DNA of 62,969 nt, filler included, from Pirum gemmata (taxonomy: Eukaryota), in NCBI GenBank assembly GCA_002812295.1. It is 29 parts of 29 records of this genome, joined end to end, with 100 filler letters (N's around TTAATTAATTAA, not from the genome) between each part and the next. Parts side by side here need not be neighbours in the genome. Positions count along the whole stretch, not along the records: positions 13,997 to 18,544 come from PDIN01010303.1; positions 18,645 to 21,433 come from PDIN01010304.1; positions 21,534 to 23,448 come from PDIN01010305.1; positions 23,549 to 25,430 come from PDIN01010306.1; positions 25,531 to 27,446 come from PDIN01010307.1; 24 more parts are not named here. One strand, 5' to 3'. Shown here piece by piece: positions 14,009 through 26,159 of this stretch. The first letter of the stretch is position 1; each line of letters starts with the position of its first letter. Below the pieces are notes generated by a model. It searched no databases, had not been told where the DNA came from, and saw only the letters and a program-made list of their open reading frames with translations. The translations under genes and the position numbers were made by a program.

Positions 14009-14741
14009 ATGCAATCTCTTCATGTTAATATTAATAACCTGAATAATGAGCAATCCCAAATATTCCAATATGTGAAAGCACAAATCGACGGTACTACTGC
14101 CCCAAATAATACGCACAATGTTTTGTTCCTCGATGGACCAGGTGGCTGTGGCAAAACCCATCTTTACAATATAATTTTGGCCTATACCAGATCTCAAAGG
14201 AAGATAGCACTTGCTTCTGCAGGCAGTGGTGTAAGAATACACTGATTGGAGGATGGCCATACAGCGCACAGCACCTTTAAAATACCTTTACAGATAACCG
14301 AACAAAGTATGTGCAATATTGATAAAGATAGTGAACTGGCTTCACTTCTTCGGCAAACAACAATTATTTGTTGGGATGAGAGTCCAATGACTCATAAACA
14401 TTGCATGGAAGCACTTGACAGGTTATTATTATTATTATTATTATGTATTATATAAATTATTATTAATATTAATATTATTATAATTATTATTATCATTATT
14501 AGTATTATTAGTATTATTATTATTATATATCATAATATATTATATTATTATTGTTATTATTATTATTATTATATATAATATAAATTATCATTATTAATAT
14601 CATTATTATTGTTATAATTATATAAATTATTATTATTATTATTATTATTAACTATTATTATCAGTATATATTATTATTATAACATATTATATAAATTATT
14701 ATTATATATTATAAATTTTTATTATTAACAATATTAATAAC

Positions 14742-14777
<36 letters not shown>

Positions 14778-15842
14778 AATATCAATAACAATAACAGGAC
14801 TCTAAGAGATATTTGCAACTCAAATAAATTGTTTGGAAATAAAATTATTATTTTCGGTGGTGACTTTCGGCAAAATTTACCAGTAGTCAAAAGATCAACC
14901 GCCGCAATGCAAATAAACGCTTCTTTGAAGAATTCCTACATTTGGCAACACGTGAAAGTATTCCATTTGACGTTGAATATGCGAGTGATGAACGCTATAG
15001 GCGAGCATAGGAATATACTTGAAAACTGGGCAAAATACGTTCTCTCCATTGGTAATGGCGAACAAACTCTTTATCCCCAAATTGGGGAAAATATAATCCA
15101 ACTAAAAGACGAACTATGTTTACCATCGGATAACGTCGATGATCTTATCACTTATATATATGGTGATGTATCAAACAGTACGCAATTCGACCATACAAGT
15201 TGCATTTTGACAACGAAAAACGATTTTGTCCATTTAGTAAATCAGAAAGTAATAGACAAGTTCCCTGGTGTTTTTCGGGAATATAAAAGCAGTGACGTTC
15301 TTCTTGAAAATGCAGTGGCAGAATCCAATATCGTCGATACCGAATTCTTAAATTCTCTAACGATAAATGGTCTTCCACTGCATATTTTAAAATTAAAGCC
15401 AAACTGCCCTATAATGCTTCTCAGAAATATATGTCCAGCTAAAGGACTCTGTAACGGAACAAGGTTGAAAGTTATTCAACTTCATAACCATATTATTGAA
15501 GCTGAAATAACTACGAAGGGCAAATTCTATGGTAGCACTGCCTATATTCCAAGAATAGATTTAATTCCTACCGACGTAGATTTACCTTTTCATTTTAGAA
15601 GAAGACAATTTCCGGTTAGACTTGCCTTTGCCATGACAATAAATAAAAGTCAAGGTCAAACATTGTCAAACGTAGGTGTCTTTCTTCCTGACCCTGTATT
15701 TTCACATGGTCAACTTTATGTAGCCATTTCGCGTGTTTCTAAGCCAACTTCAATCAAATTCTTAGTACAAGGACAAAAAAATATAAATATAGCAGGAATT
15801 TTTACAACAAATATTGTACATAAACAATTGCTCTTCTCATAA
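14009..15842 (+). mobile_element. Helitron-type PIF1 helicase domain (C-terminal part of RepHel), intron 14422-14797, in-frame TGA at 14243-14245
   Basis: Motifs FLDGPGGCGKT, TAHSTFKIP, IICWDESPM, EALDR|TLRD, GGDFRQNLPV, LTLNMR, IMLLRN..GLCNGTRL, RRQFPVRLAFAMTINKSQGQT and VFSHGQLYVAISRV are characteristic of Helitron PIF1 helicases. The Rep domain is not on this contig. Confidence 0.92.
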
Positions 15843-16762
15843 ATAAAGTAATAATATAATATTAATAATAAAATAAATAATACAAATAATAAATATAATA
15901 CCTATAATAATAATAATAATANNNNNNNNNNNNNNNNNNNNNNNCATTCAAGGAGGCTATGATAAATCGAGTTAAAAAACAGAGCAGGTTGTGATTAATA
16001 ATGTTGTTATTGTCATTGTTATTATTATTGTTATTCCACTTCAATATAACATTTATGACATTTATTATAAACTAAATATATGAGGCTATGATAAATTGAG
16101 TTAAAAAAAACAGCAGGTTTATGTTATGTTATTGTTATTGTTATTGTTGTTATTGTTATTATTATAACATTTATGATATTTGAAGTTTGAACGATGTACG
16201 AAAACTATTACTAAGATTATAGAGGTACGTCACCAGCTCGAGCTCTTTGTCATTGAGAAATAAAAAAAATATATTTAAAAACAAATGAATATTGTTATAT
16301 AAATTGATTTTTTTAAAAAAAAAGAGTAGGTTTTAAAAAAAACAAGAGAATTAATATTCTGTAATTATTGAAATAAATAGACTAACAATCAAGTAACACT
16401 CATGAGTCATCACCAGCTCGAGCTCTTTGTCATTGTTATATATTAGTCTATTGTGGTTCAAAGTTGTTTTGTCATCATAAAATATACAATAAACAGTACC
16501 AAATTAACACAATAAAAATCCATTTCATTTAATTCCATATCTATTTATTCATTTTTAAAAATGTCAATTTAAATATTATAACCAACCAAATAAAAACTAG
16601 GAGTGACAAAACGGGGTCTAATATATATGATATTTATAGACTAACAATCAAGTAAGTAACACCCATCATCAGCTCATCATCGCCACCACCACACACAGCT
16701 AACTGTTATTACTACTACCATTATTATAACTACCATTATTATTATTACTACTCCAATTGCTA

Positions 16763-16869
<107 letters not shown>

Positions 16870-16891
16870 NNNNNNNNNNNNNNNNNNNNNN

Positions 16892-16971
<80 letters not shown>

Positions 16972-17518
16972 CAGTAATAATAATAGTAGTAGTAGTAGTA
17001 GTAATAGTAATACATGTAGAAAAGTGAAAGTCTACCAACCAAACCAACTCCTGATACCCACACACCATCATTACTATTATAATCTAAATCAAAACATTAT
17101 TAGTAATATAACTAACTTACTACTACAAAAACAATAATAAAGAACACATAACGGCTCCAACAACAACAACAACAACAACAACAGCAGCAGCAAAAAAATG
17201 AATCCAAAAACAAAAAAAACAGATAAACTAATTGATGTTATAGAAACCTAACAGAAAAAATGAGAAAAAGAAAACCCAAGCCGAAAACAAACTCCAACTA
17301 CAAAATCAAGAATTAAAATTAAAAAAAAAAAGCAGCAACTTTCTCACGATTAAAAAAAAATAAAAAAAAAATAAAATAAAAAAAATAAAAAAAAAAATTG
17401 AAAAAAAAGACAAACGAAAAAATGAGTCCACTACTTCTGCCACTATGTCTTTCACCACAATTATCCAAAAAAATCAAGCAATTGAATTATTATGTAATAG
17501 TTCTATCTGATAGTTCTA

Positions 17519-17703
17519 TTGTGGTTTTCATTTATTTTGTCACTCCAAACATTTATTTGGTTGGTTATGATATTTAAATTGACTTTTTTTAAATGAATAA
17601 ATAGATAATAAAATATACCAAATTAAATGAAATGGATTTATATTGTATTAATTTGGTACTCTTTTTGTATATTTTATGATGACAAAACAACCGAAAAGCA
17701 CGA
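17519..17703. mobile_element. MITE family C (~185 bp, TA-flanked)
   Basis: Family TIRs TCGTGCTTTTCA..TTTTGTCA / TGACAAAA..GAAAAGCACGA. Other full or partial copies at ~2650-2815, 9617-9707, 10624-10764, 16451-16612, 28223-28405, 28695-28835, 28970-29105, 50561-50620, 50930-51115 and 62657-62841. Confidence 0.88.
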
Positions 17704-18919
17704 TAACTGTGTTAGTCTATTTGATGTGTTGCAAGGCTCTCTAGCTAGCTAGAGCTAGTAGCTAGTTGCAAGGCTATGCACAAGTGCAAAGTTGGAAACC
17801 CCAAGAGACTTGGAAAAAGAAAGAAAAAAAAAAAAGAAAAAAGACTAAGAGATAATCGGTGGTGACGTAAGTCGGTGGTGACGTAGGAATCCTGTTGGGT
17901 TGGGGTACAGTAGGAGTTCGTAGCATGAGAGGGTCGTATCATTTCGTAATTGCCCTATAATTGTAGTTGATGATTTATGTTTATCATTGTAAACCTGTCC
18001 TTCGTATCTTTTTGCTTTTAGTTTGTATGTGGTGATTGTATTTTGTATTGCTGTGTGATTGTTATGGTTGGTTTGCAATCAAGTGTCTGGAACGTTCAAT
18101 TATGCTAGTGGTGTACATGTTGGTCAATTCATAAAGGGTTTTGATAGTCACTTTGTTAAGTCTGGAGTTGTTAGTGGCTAGTCTCTTGATGTCGTTTTGC
18201 AATATTTCGAATTTCTTTTGTATAGTTTTACTCATCATGATGATTGGTAAGGCTGATTGATCTTTGTTGGAACGTATTAGGGATTTATATGTGTTAACTA
18301 GAGTGCAATAATAATTAATTCTGATACATATATGTGGATGGAGTGTGTGGTTGTTGCCATACTCTCTATACAACATCAATATTTAATTCTTAATTATTGT
18401 ACATAATGTGTAAAAATACATCGGTCAATTCTACTGTTCATCCGGTGGATTCGCGTATAGTTTATTTAATTAGTAATTAGCTTGATGAATTAGGAAGATT
18501 ACATGGTTTAAAAGTATAAGAAAAAGTAAATAATAATAATAATANNNNNNNNNNNNNNNNNNNNNNNNNNNNNNNNNNNNNNNNNNNNTTAATTAATTAA
18601 NNNNNNNNNNNNNNNNNNNNNNNNNNNNNNNNNNNNNNNNNNNNTGAAACTCGAAAAAAAAGAATATCATTTCAAAATTGTCACTATTTAATAATTAGGA
18701 TCAAGCTGTTTGATTCGATTATGCTTTCCCGTAGCTCCATGTATAGTAACAGGTCGAGGTAGGATTTTTTCAAAAATCTGACCTTCACCTGCCGTACTAA
18801 AAAATTAAATCAAAATCAAAAATAAATAAAGAATACTGTCTAATTATAGAAATAAAAGATAATAATAAAGTTATTTCTATTATTAATAATATAATAAAAT
18901 CCATATAAGGATATAAAGT

Positions 18920-20340
18920 CGAAATATTTAACATTCAAACCATTTAACGTTCTTTTCTTTTGACCAGAGGACAAAAATTAATTCCTCTCACTAAATCTCA
19001 AGTGTTTTGAAAATCGAAATATTTAACGTTCGAGCCTCTATTTTACAATTACGTTCGATTTTTTTGATCGGGACAAAATTCAATTCCAATCAATGAAGCC
19101 ATCCAAATTATTTCCCTAATTGGTCATCTATCGAAAAATGGTTTGAAAATGCTCGAAAAATCTAACATTCAGGCTTATTAAATAATTGATTCGATTTTTC
19201 TGATCAGGAGCCAAAATTTAATTTCCACCCGCACTGAAAACCATTCAAATAATTATTTCCCCTATAATTTGAAAATGGTTTGAAAATGCTCGAGACATCT
19301 GACGTTCGAGCTTATTAATAATTGGTTTGATTTTTCGAATCAGGGGCCAAAATTTAATTTCCACTCTCACTGAAACCATCCAAATTGTTTCCTCTTGAAT
19401 TAGTCGTTTTTCAAAAATGGTTTGAAAATGCTCGAAATATCTAATGTTCGAGCTTATTAAATAATTTATTCGATTTTTCTGATCAGGGGCCAAAATTTAA
19501 TTTCCGCCCACACTAAAACCATCGAAATTATTTCCCCTTGAAGAAGTTTTTCGAAAATGGCTTGAAAATGCTCGAAACATCAAACGTTCGAGCTTATTAA
19601 ATAATAGATTCGATTTTTTTCATCAGGAACCAAAATTTAGTTCCACACACCGAAACTATCAGAACTATTTCCCCTGGAATTAGTTGTTTATCAAAAATGT
19701 TTTGAAACGTTCGAAAATTTAATGTTCGAGCTTATTAAATAATTAGATTCGATTTTTTGATCATAGATAAAAATTTAAATCCATTCACTGAAACCAACCA
19801 AATTATTTTCCTTTGAATTAGTTATTTATCAAAAATGGTTTGAAAACGTTCGAAATATTTAACATTCGAGCTCATTTAAGAATTAGATTCGTTTTTTTTT
19901 TTATCACAGGCCAAAATTTAATTCCACTCTCAATAAAACCAACAAAATTATTTTCTTTGGAATTAGTCATTTTTCGAGAATGTATTGAAAACGGTCGAAA
20001 TATTTAACATTCGAGCTTATTTAAGAATTATATTCAATTTTTTTGATCACTCACTTAAACTAATCAAATTATTTTCTTTGAGTTAGTTGTTTTTCGAAAA
20101 TGTTATGAAAACGTTCGAAATATTTAACTTTCGAGCTTATTTTAAGAATTAGATTCGATTTTTTGATAGTAGGCCAAAATTTAATTACAATCACTGAAAC
20201 TAACTTAATTATTTTCCTTTTCAATTATTCATTTTTGGAAAAATGTTTTGAAAATGCACAAAAATGTATCATATAACGTTCGAGCTTATTTGGGAATTGG
20301 GCTCGATTTTTTTCGATCATAGGTCAAAATTCTTATTTTT
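18920..20340. repeat. Tandem satellite, ~140-bp unit, ~10 diverged copies
   Basis: The motif TGGTTTGAAAATGCTCGA...TTCGAGCTTATT recurs near 19139, 19277, 19418, 19558, 19698, 19836, 19981, 20101 and 20244. Confidence 0.92.
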
Positions 20341-20599
20341 CAATCAAAAATCCTTTTAACTATAATTCTAATCATAACTAAACTAAAATTTCATTGAAAA
20401 AACGTCAAAACAGTAAGAATTAAAAAATATATATGGGTAGAAACCCTAACTACTAACCCTTATCCTAACCCTAACCCTAACCCTAATCCTTAACCCTAAC
20501 CGTTATCATTGTTAATTACTATTATTATTATTATTATTATTATTATCATTATTATTATTANATTTATTTTGTACAATACATAAATAAAACAATTACTAG

Positions 20600-20947
20600 G
20601 TTGCAGCTGCATTCAAAATTTTAGAGGATACTGGTATTGTATATATAATATTGACGTATTATTAAATAATTGTTTATAGATTTATATCAAAACCATCTCG
20701 AACCCGAGTCTGAATCTGAACCACCCCGAACTCAAGTCTGAACCCGAACCATGCCGAACTCGAGTCTGAACCCGAAAACCTGACACATAGTTTAAACCCA
20801 AACTCAAACCCTAATAGAAATTTGTATATCTTTTAAGTTTACTTTAAAGCGTTTAGTTTTTTTTTAAATTTTTTTTTAATGTATATATTAAGGAAAACTA
20901 GACATGTGACAAGTTTAGTTATATATATATATATATAATATGATGAT

Positions 20948-20994
<47 letters not shown>

Positions 20995-21255
20995 TAACAA
21001 AAACGATGATAATTATAATTTCGAGTTTGAATACATTTTTCAGTACTCTTTGAATATTTTGCAAAAGCTATATTCTTGGTATTAAAATGATATTGTTTAT
21101 ATTTATATATATATATATTGGGTTTGGGTTTGGGTTTGGGTTTTTATTTATTTATTAGGTTTGCCTGTCAACCTCCATGGTTATGGAACCAATATTGAAG
21201 GGGATTATGACATCATTATGAAAGCTATTAAAAATGCCCATCTACATTTACACAC
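20600..21255 (+). CDS. UPF0045/ECM15 (MTH1187/YkoF thiamine-binding fold) protein, internal exons 20600-20633 and 21159-21255
   Basis: Spliced translation VAAAFKILEDT|GLPVNLHGYGTNIEGDYDIIMKAIKNAH matches the family pattern GLxxxLHxxGTxIEGxxxxVMxxIxxxH. Splice phases are consistent. Confidence 0.8.
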
Positions 21256-21973
21256 GTTAGAAATTTTCCCCTTTATTATTATTTACTATTATTTATTTTT
21301 ATTTATTTATTATTATTTTATCAATATCAGTATCATTTATTAATTATTAATTATTAATTATTAATTTTTAATTATTATTGTTGTTACTGTTATTATTATC
21401 TATTGTTATTGTTATTCAATATTATTATTATTANNNNNNNNNNNNNNNNNNNNNNNNNNNNNNNNNNNNNNNNNNNNTTAATTAATTAANNNNNNNNNNN
21501 NNNNNNNNNNNNNNNNNNNNNNNNNNNNNNNNNCCTCCGCGACAAAAATATGGGTAACCGGGCCGAAGTATCGGCCCGGGCCGCCGCCCAGTGCTTCATA
21601 TGTTGCTGGATGATAAAAAAAGGAGAGAAAAAAGCTCCACATCCATGGTTACCAAATAAAAAAAATATAAGTGCATTATAACTTCGGAAATTTTTTTTGG
21701 GGTTTCGGACGGATCCGACTGACCCTCGGAAAAGTCGGACGGATCCGAAATTTTTTTTGTCGGATTCAAAAACATTCGGACGGATCGGAGAGCAGAGCAA
21801 GTCGGACGGACGGAATCGGATTTGATTATTCGTCGGAATGATTATTCGTCGGAATGAACCGCTCCAATCAAGAAAAGTCCACTTCATGGATACACTTTAA
21901 TAGTTCTTCAATCAAGTTCAATGTTCCCGAAGTAAAAGTTGAAAAAGACCACAGAAATATTTTTTTTGCAATT

Positions 21974-22337
21974 GAAGCATTGGGCGACGGCCTGGGCCGA
22001 TACTTCGGCCCGGTTACCCATGTATTTGTCGCGGCGGCGATTTCTCGCCAACCATAAACGCTACGGAGCTCAAAAAATGTCGAGAAGAAAGCTATTTGTG
22101 CTATCAGGCTTATTTATCTCTACTTTCAGATAAAATCACTTTTTTTTAAAAAATGATACATAGACTATTACTAGCGTGTGAGAGCAAAAAGAAGCAAGGG
22201 ATATCAGTTTTTTTAATCTAAATTAGGAAAAAAAATAATCTAAATTAGGAAAAAATCCAAAAAAAAAGAAAAAAACTCGAAAGCTCGAATTTTTTTTGCG
22301 CAAAATGTGGCCGGCCCGGGCCGTCGCCCAATGCTTC
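21974..22337. mobile_element. GC-rich-TIR MITE (family G) with 4-bp AATT TSD, Sola1-like
   Basis: TIRs GAAGCATTGGGCGACGGCCTGGGCCG / CGGCCCGGGCCGTCGCCCAATGCTTC, with AATT on both flanks. A second element end at 21534-21597 is followed by ATAT. Confidence 0.8.
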
Positions 22338-22641
22338 AATTGGTGTTCCAAAAAGCCATGAAAAAGGATATTACTATCATATATATTGTTGTTGTTATTA
22401 TTATTATTGCTGTTGTTGTTACTGTTGTTGTTACTGTTGTTGTTACTGTTGTTGTTACTGTTGCTGTTACTGTTGTTGTTACTGTTGTTGTTACTGTTGT
22501 TGTTGCTACTGCTACTACTGCTGTTGTTGTTGTTGTTGTTGGTTGTTGTTACTGTTGTCTTTGTTGTTGTTTGTTATTGTTGCTGTTGGTTGTTGTTATT
22601 AATACTGTTGTTGTTACTGTTGTTGTTGTTGTTGTTGTTGC

Positions 22642-22690
<49 letters not shown>

Positions 22691-23570
22691 GGTTGTTGTT
22701 ACTGTGATTGTTGATGTTGTTGTTGCTGCTGTTGGTTGTTGTTGGTTGTTGGTTGGTAGATGATTAAAAACTCTCTCTTCATGTACTCATCACTGCTCCT
22801 TTCAAAAGATGTTTCCACCAGCTCATTTTTCTTGTTGAAGGGTAGCGTTTATATTTCGATCTAAAAAACAATCTTTATGACTAAGAAAACCTTGTTTGTC
22901 TTTAAAAGTTTTATTACAAATAGTACATTCGTACATAAATTTTTTAAAATAAATTTATCATCTTTAAAATTTAAATCAACAACAAAAAAAAAAGACTTAT
23001 TTGTCCACAAGGTTTTACTTGAACTACTTGTACTATTACTTGAACTACCAGAACTACCAGCTATTATTATTATTATGATTATTATTATTTATGATTATTA
23101 TTATTATTATTATTATTATTTATTAAATTTTATTGTTTATTATTTATTATTTATTATTTGACAAAAATTATTGGTTTTTACTCAATGTCGTATTTTTGAA
23201 CTGGCCTTGTCAATACATTCAAAAACGCATTAATATTATGAAATGCAAAAATGAATTTTTAACAATTTTTTTTAAAAATCTGGATTCAAAAAGTCATATT
23301 TTTATTTATTTTTATTTATAAACGTTGCCTGTTTTTTAAGCTCTAGATTATCTTTTTAATTTAATTGGTTTAATTTTTTTTTGAATCAGCAAAGTCACAT
23401 GATGCATAATAAATATCAAGTTACTAACTAGTTAATTAAAGCGACTTTNNNNNNNNNNNNNNNNNNNNNNNNNNNNNNNNNNNNNNNNNNNNTTAATTAA
23501 TTAANNNNNNNNNNNNNNNNNNNNNNNNNNNNNNNNNNNNNNNNNNNNAAATAAATAAATAAAAAAGGCA

Positions 23571-25384
23571 ATGACTAGCGAACTTGAATTAAAATCACCA
23601 ACAAAAGATGTGGTACTAAAGGAAGCCAAGGAATACTTGGAACTTTACCATTTTGAAAACAAACTAATGGACCAATTCGAAACCCGTTGGTTAGCCGTTA
23701 AAGCTGAAATTAATAATACAGGAACGTATACTCAAACCTTTGAAGAATTAAGTTATGGGTGTAAAGTAGCCTGGAGAAATTCTAGTCGATGTATTAATAG
23801 GTTAGTTTACGCATAGATAGGGTGATGGGTGATGGGTGGTGAGTATTTTTTGTTCTTTTTTGTTTTGCTTATATTTGAATTTGAATTTGGATTTTCATTT
23901 GTATTTGAGTTTGGGTTTGAGTTTGGGGTTGGGGTTGGGGTTGGGGTTGGATTGGGATTTGGGTTTGGGTTTTACTTTGAGGTTTGTTTGGTTTTATTTT
24001 GTTTTGAAAATGTCATTACAATAATCATCTTTGAATATAGAAGAAAGAATACTTAGTATACTACTTGGCAATGTTAATCCCGTTGTACTGGAAATATTAT
24101 TTATATGTTATTATTATTCAGTTGTTATATTCAAGTTACTATTAATTCCCTAAGTATTAATTAAAAATATTATTATTATTCCAATTATAATAATTAAGTT
24201 CTTTCTTTCTTTTTCTTTTTCTTTTTTTTTTTTTTTTTAAAAAATAATAATAAATATAATTTTTTTATTTTTTTTTTTTTTAATTGTTATTAATAGAATT
24301 CAATGGAATAAAATGCATGTCATTGATAAAAGGCACATTAGTACGGCTGAAGCTTGTTTTCAATCGATAGTAGAACATGTACGAGAGGCAGTTACAGACG
24401 GGGTAATAAAAACAGTTATCACTCTTTTCCCACCCGTACAACCAAACCAAACACCAGTAAGAATTTGGAATGCTCAAGTTTTCGCTTACGCAGGGTACGA
24501 GGATGGTTTAGGGGATCCAGCGCAAAAAGAATTTACACAATGTTTAATAGCGAAGGGGTGGGTACCTCCAATACAAAGAAGTAATTGGGACATCTTACCG
24601 ATTGCCATTCAAGCCTCAGATAAAGATGTTGTAGAATTATTCACCTTACCTAAAGATATTATACACGAAGTTCATATTAATAGCGCTAGTTATCCTAAAA
24701 TTAACAAATTGGAATTGCGATGGTTCGCGGTTCCGCTTATTAGTAATTTTTTAATGGATTTAGGTGGGGTATATTATCCATGCTGTCCGTTTAATGGGTG
24801 GTTTATGGAAACGGAAGTAGTAAGAGATTTAGCGGATGTACAAAGGTATAATATTTTGCCAAAAATGGCTGATACTTTAGGTTTAAAAAAAATTAATACC
24901 AGTCTCTGGAAAGATGAATGCCAAATGATATTGGCAAAGGCTGTTTTGGAGAGTTTTATGAAAAGTAATTACTCGATGGTTGATCATCATAGTGCGTCAG
25001 ATGCATTTATTCGGTTTTATGGGAAAGAAATGGAAACGCGAGGTTATTGTCCGGCTGATTGGGGTTGGATCGTTCCTCCAATGGGTGGGGGTACAACTAA
25101 AGTTTTCCACCAAGAAATGCTTAATTACCAATTAAAACCCATGTACCGGTTACAACCACAATCTCATAAAATATATAAGTTTGGTAATCAAATGTTAATT
25201 AGAAGTAATATTGAAACAGTGGAAGATGGATTAATGTTAGAATCCAATTTTAACCGTACTATTAATAAAGGTGAATGTGATATGGAAAAAGTAAAAGATG
25301 AGATGAAAACCAACACAAGGCTTGTTGATACCATAGGGAAAAATAACGCTAGGAAAAGTTTAATATTATTTGCGTCAGAGACAG
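23571..25384 (+). CDS. NOS: Nitric oxide synthase (oxygenase domain plus start of flavodoxin/FMN domain), 3'-partial; exons 23571-23800 and 24297-25384
   Basis: Spliced motifs TGTYTQTFEELSYGCKVAWRNSSRCINR|IQW, RIWNAQ..YAGY..GDPA, WDILP, CPFNGWFMETE..RD..D.QRYNIL, MVDHH and RGYCPADWGWIVPP..VFHQEMLNY, followed by ILFASETG (FMN-binding loop) and a GT donor. Confidence 0.95.
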
Positions 25385-25544
25385 GTAATAATAATTAATA
25401 ATAATTAATAATTAATAATAATTAATAATTNNNNNNNNNNNNNNNNNNNNNNNNNNNNNNNNNNNNNNNNNNNNTTAATTAATTAANNNNNNNNNNNNNN
25501 NNNNNNNNNNNNNNNNNNNNNNNNNNNNNNCTGCTGCTGCTGCT

Positions 25545-25586
<42 letters not shown>

Positions 25587-25600
25587 GCTGCTGCTGCTGC

Positions 25601-25661
<61 letters not shown>

Positions 25662-26159
25662 GCTATGAATATGAATGTGAATATAACTAAGACTAAGACT
25701 ATGACTATGACTATTACTATTACTATTACTATTACAAAGACTATGGCTATTACTATTACTATTACTATTACTATGACTATTACTATTACTATTACTATTA
25801 TTATTACTATCACTATTACTATTACCATAACCATAACCATAATTCTTAACAATATCTATTACTATTTATCTATGACTATGATTATTACCATCACCAATTA
25901 TTTTATTCTCATTATTATTATTATTATTATTATTTTCTCTTGTAGTGGCTGGAGAGGAAGCAGACCTGGGTGTTATTGTTTTTATGACTTGTTATTTCCT
26001 ATTGCCTTTATACCTATGCGTTTATTCAATGGATCCTTCTAAAGACAACTCGAAAAATGAATTCACTTTATGATTACCATCAAAACATATGATTTTTAAA
26101 AGAGATTATTACTATTAAATAAGAATGCTGTATAGTAAAAGTGTATATTAGAGCTAATC

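Noticed and set aside
14243..14245. TGA recoding (Sec or Trp) or a non-standard genetic code
   Set aside because: The position aligns with Leu, neighbouring codons are also disrupted, Trp is TGG in the other genes, and TGA terminates the Mpv17 exon.
17745..18480. Possible retroelement 3' remnant or ORFs downstream of the Helitron
   Set aside because: No recognisable RT or endonuclease motif, and it is separated from the helicase by gaps.
18920..20340. CRISPR-like array
   Set aside because: Whole units are homologous, there are no unique spacers or cas genes, and the context is eukaryotic.
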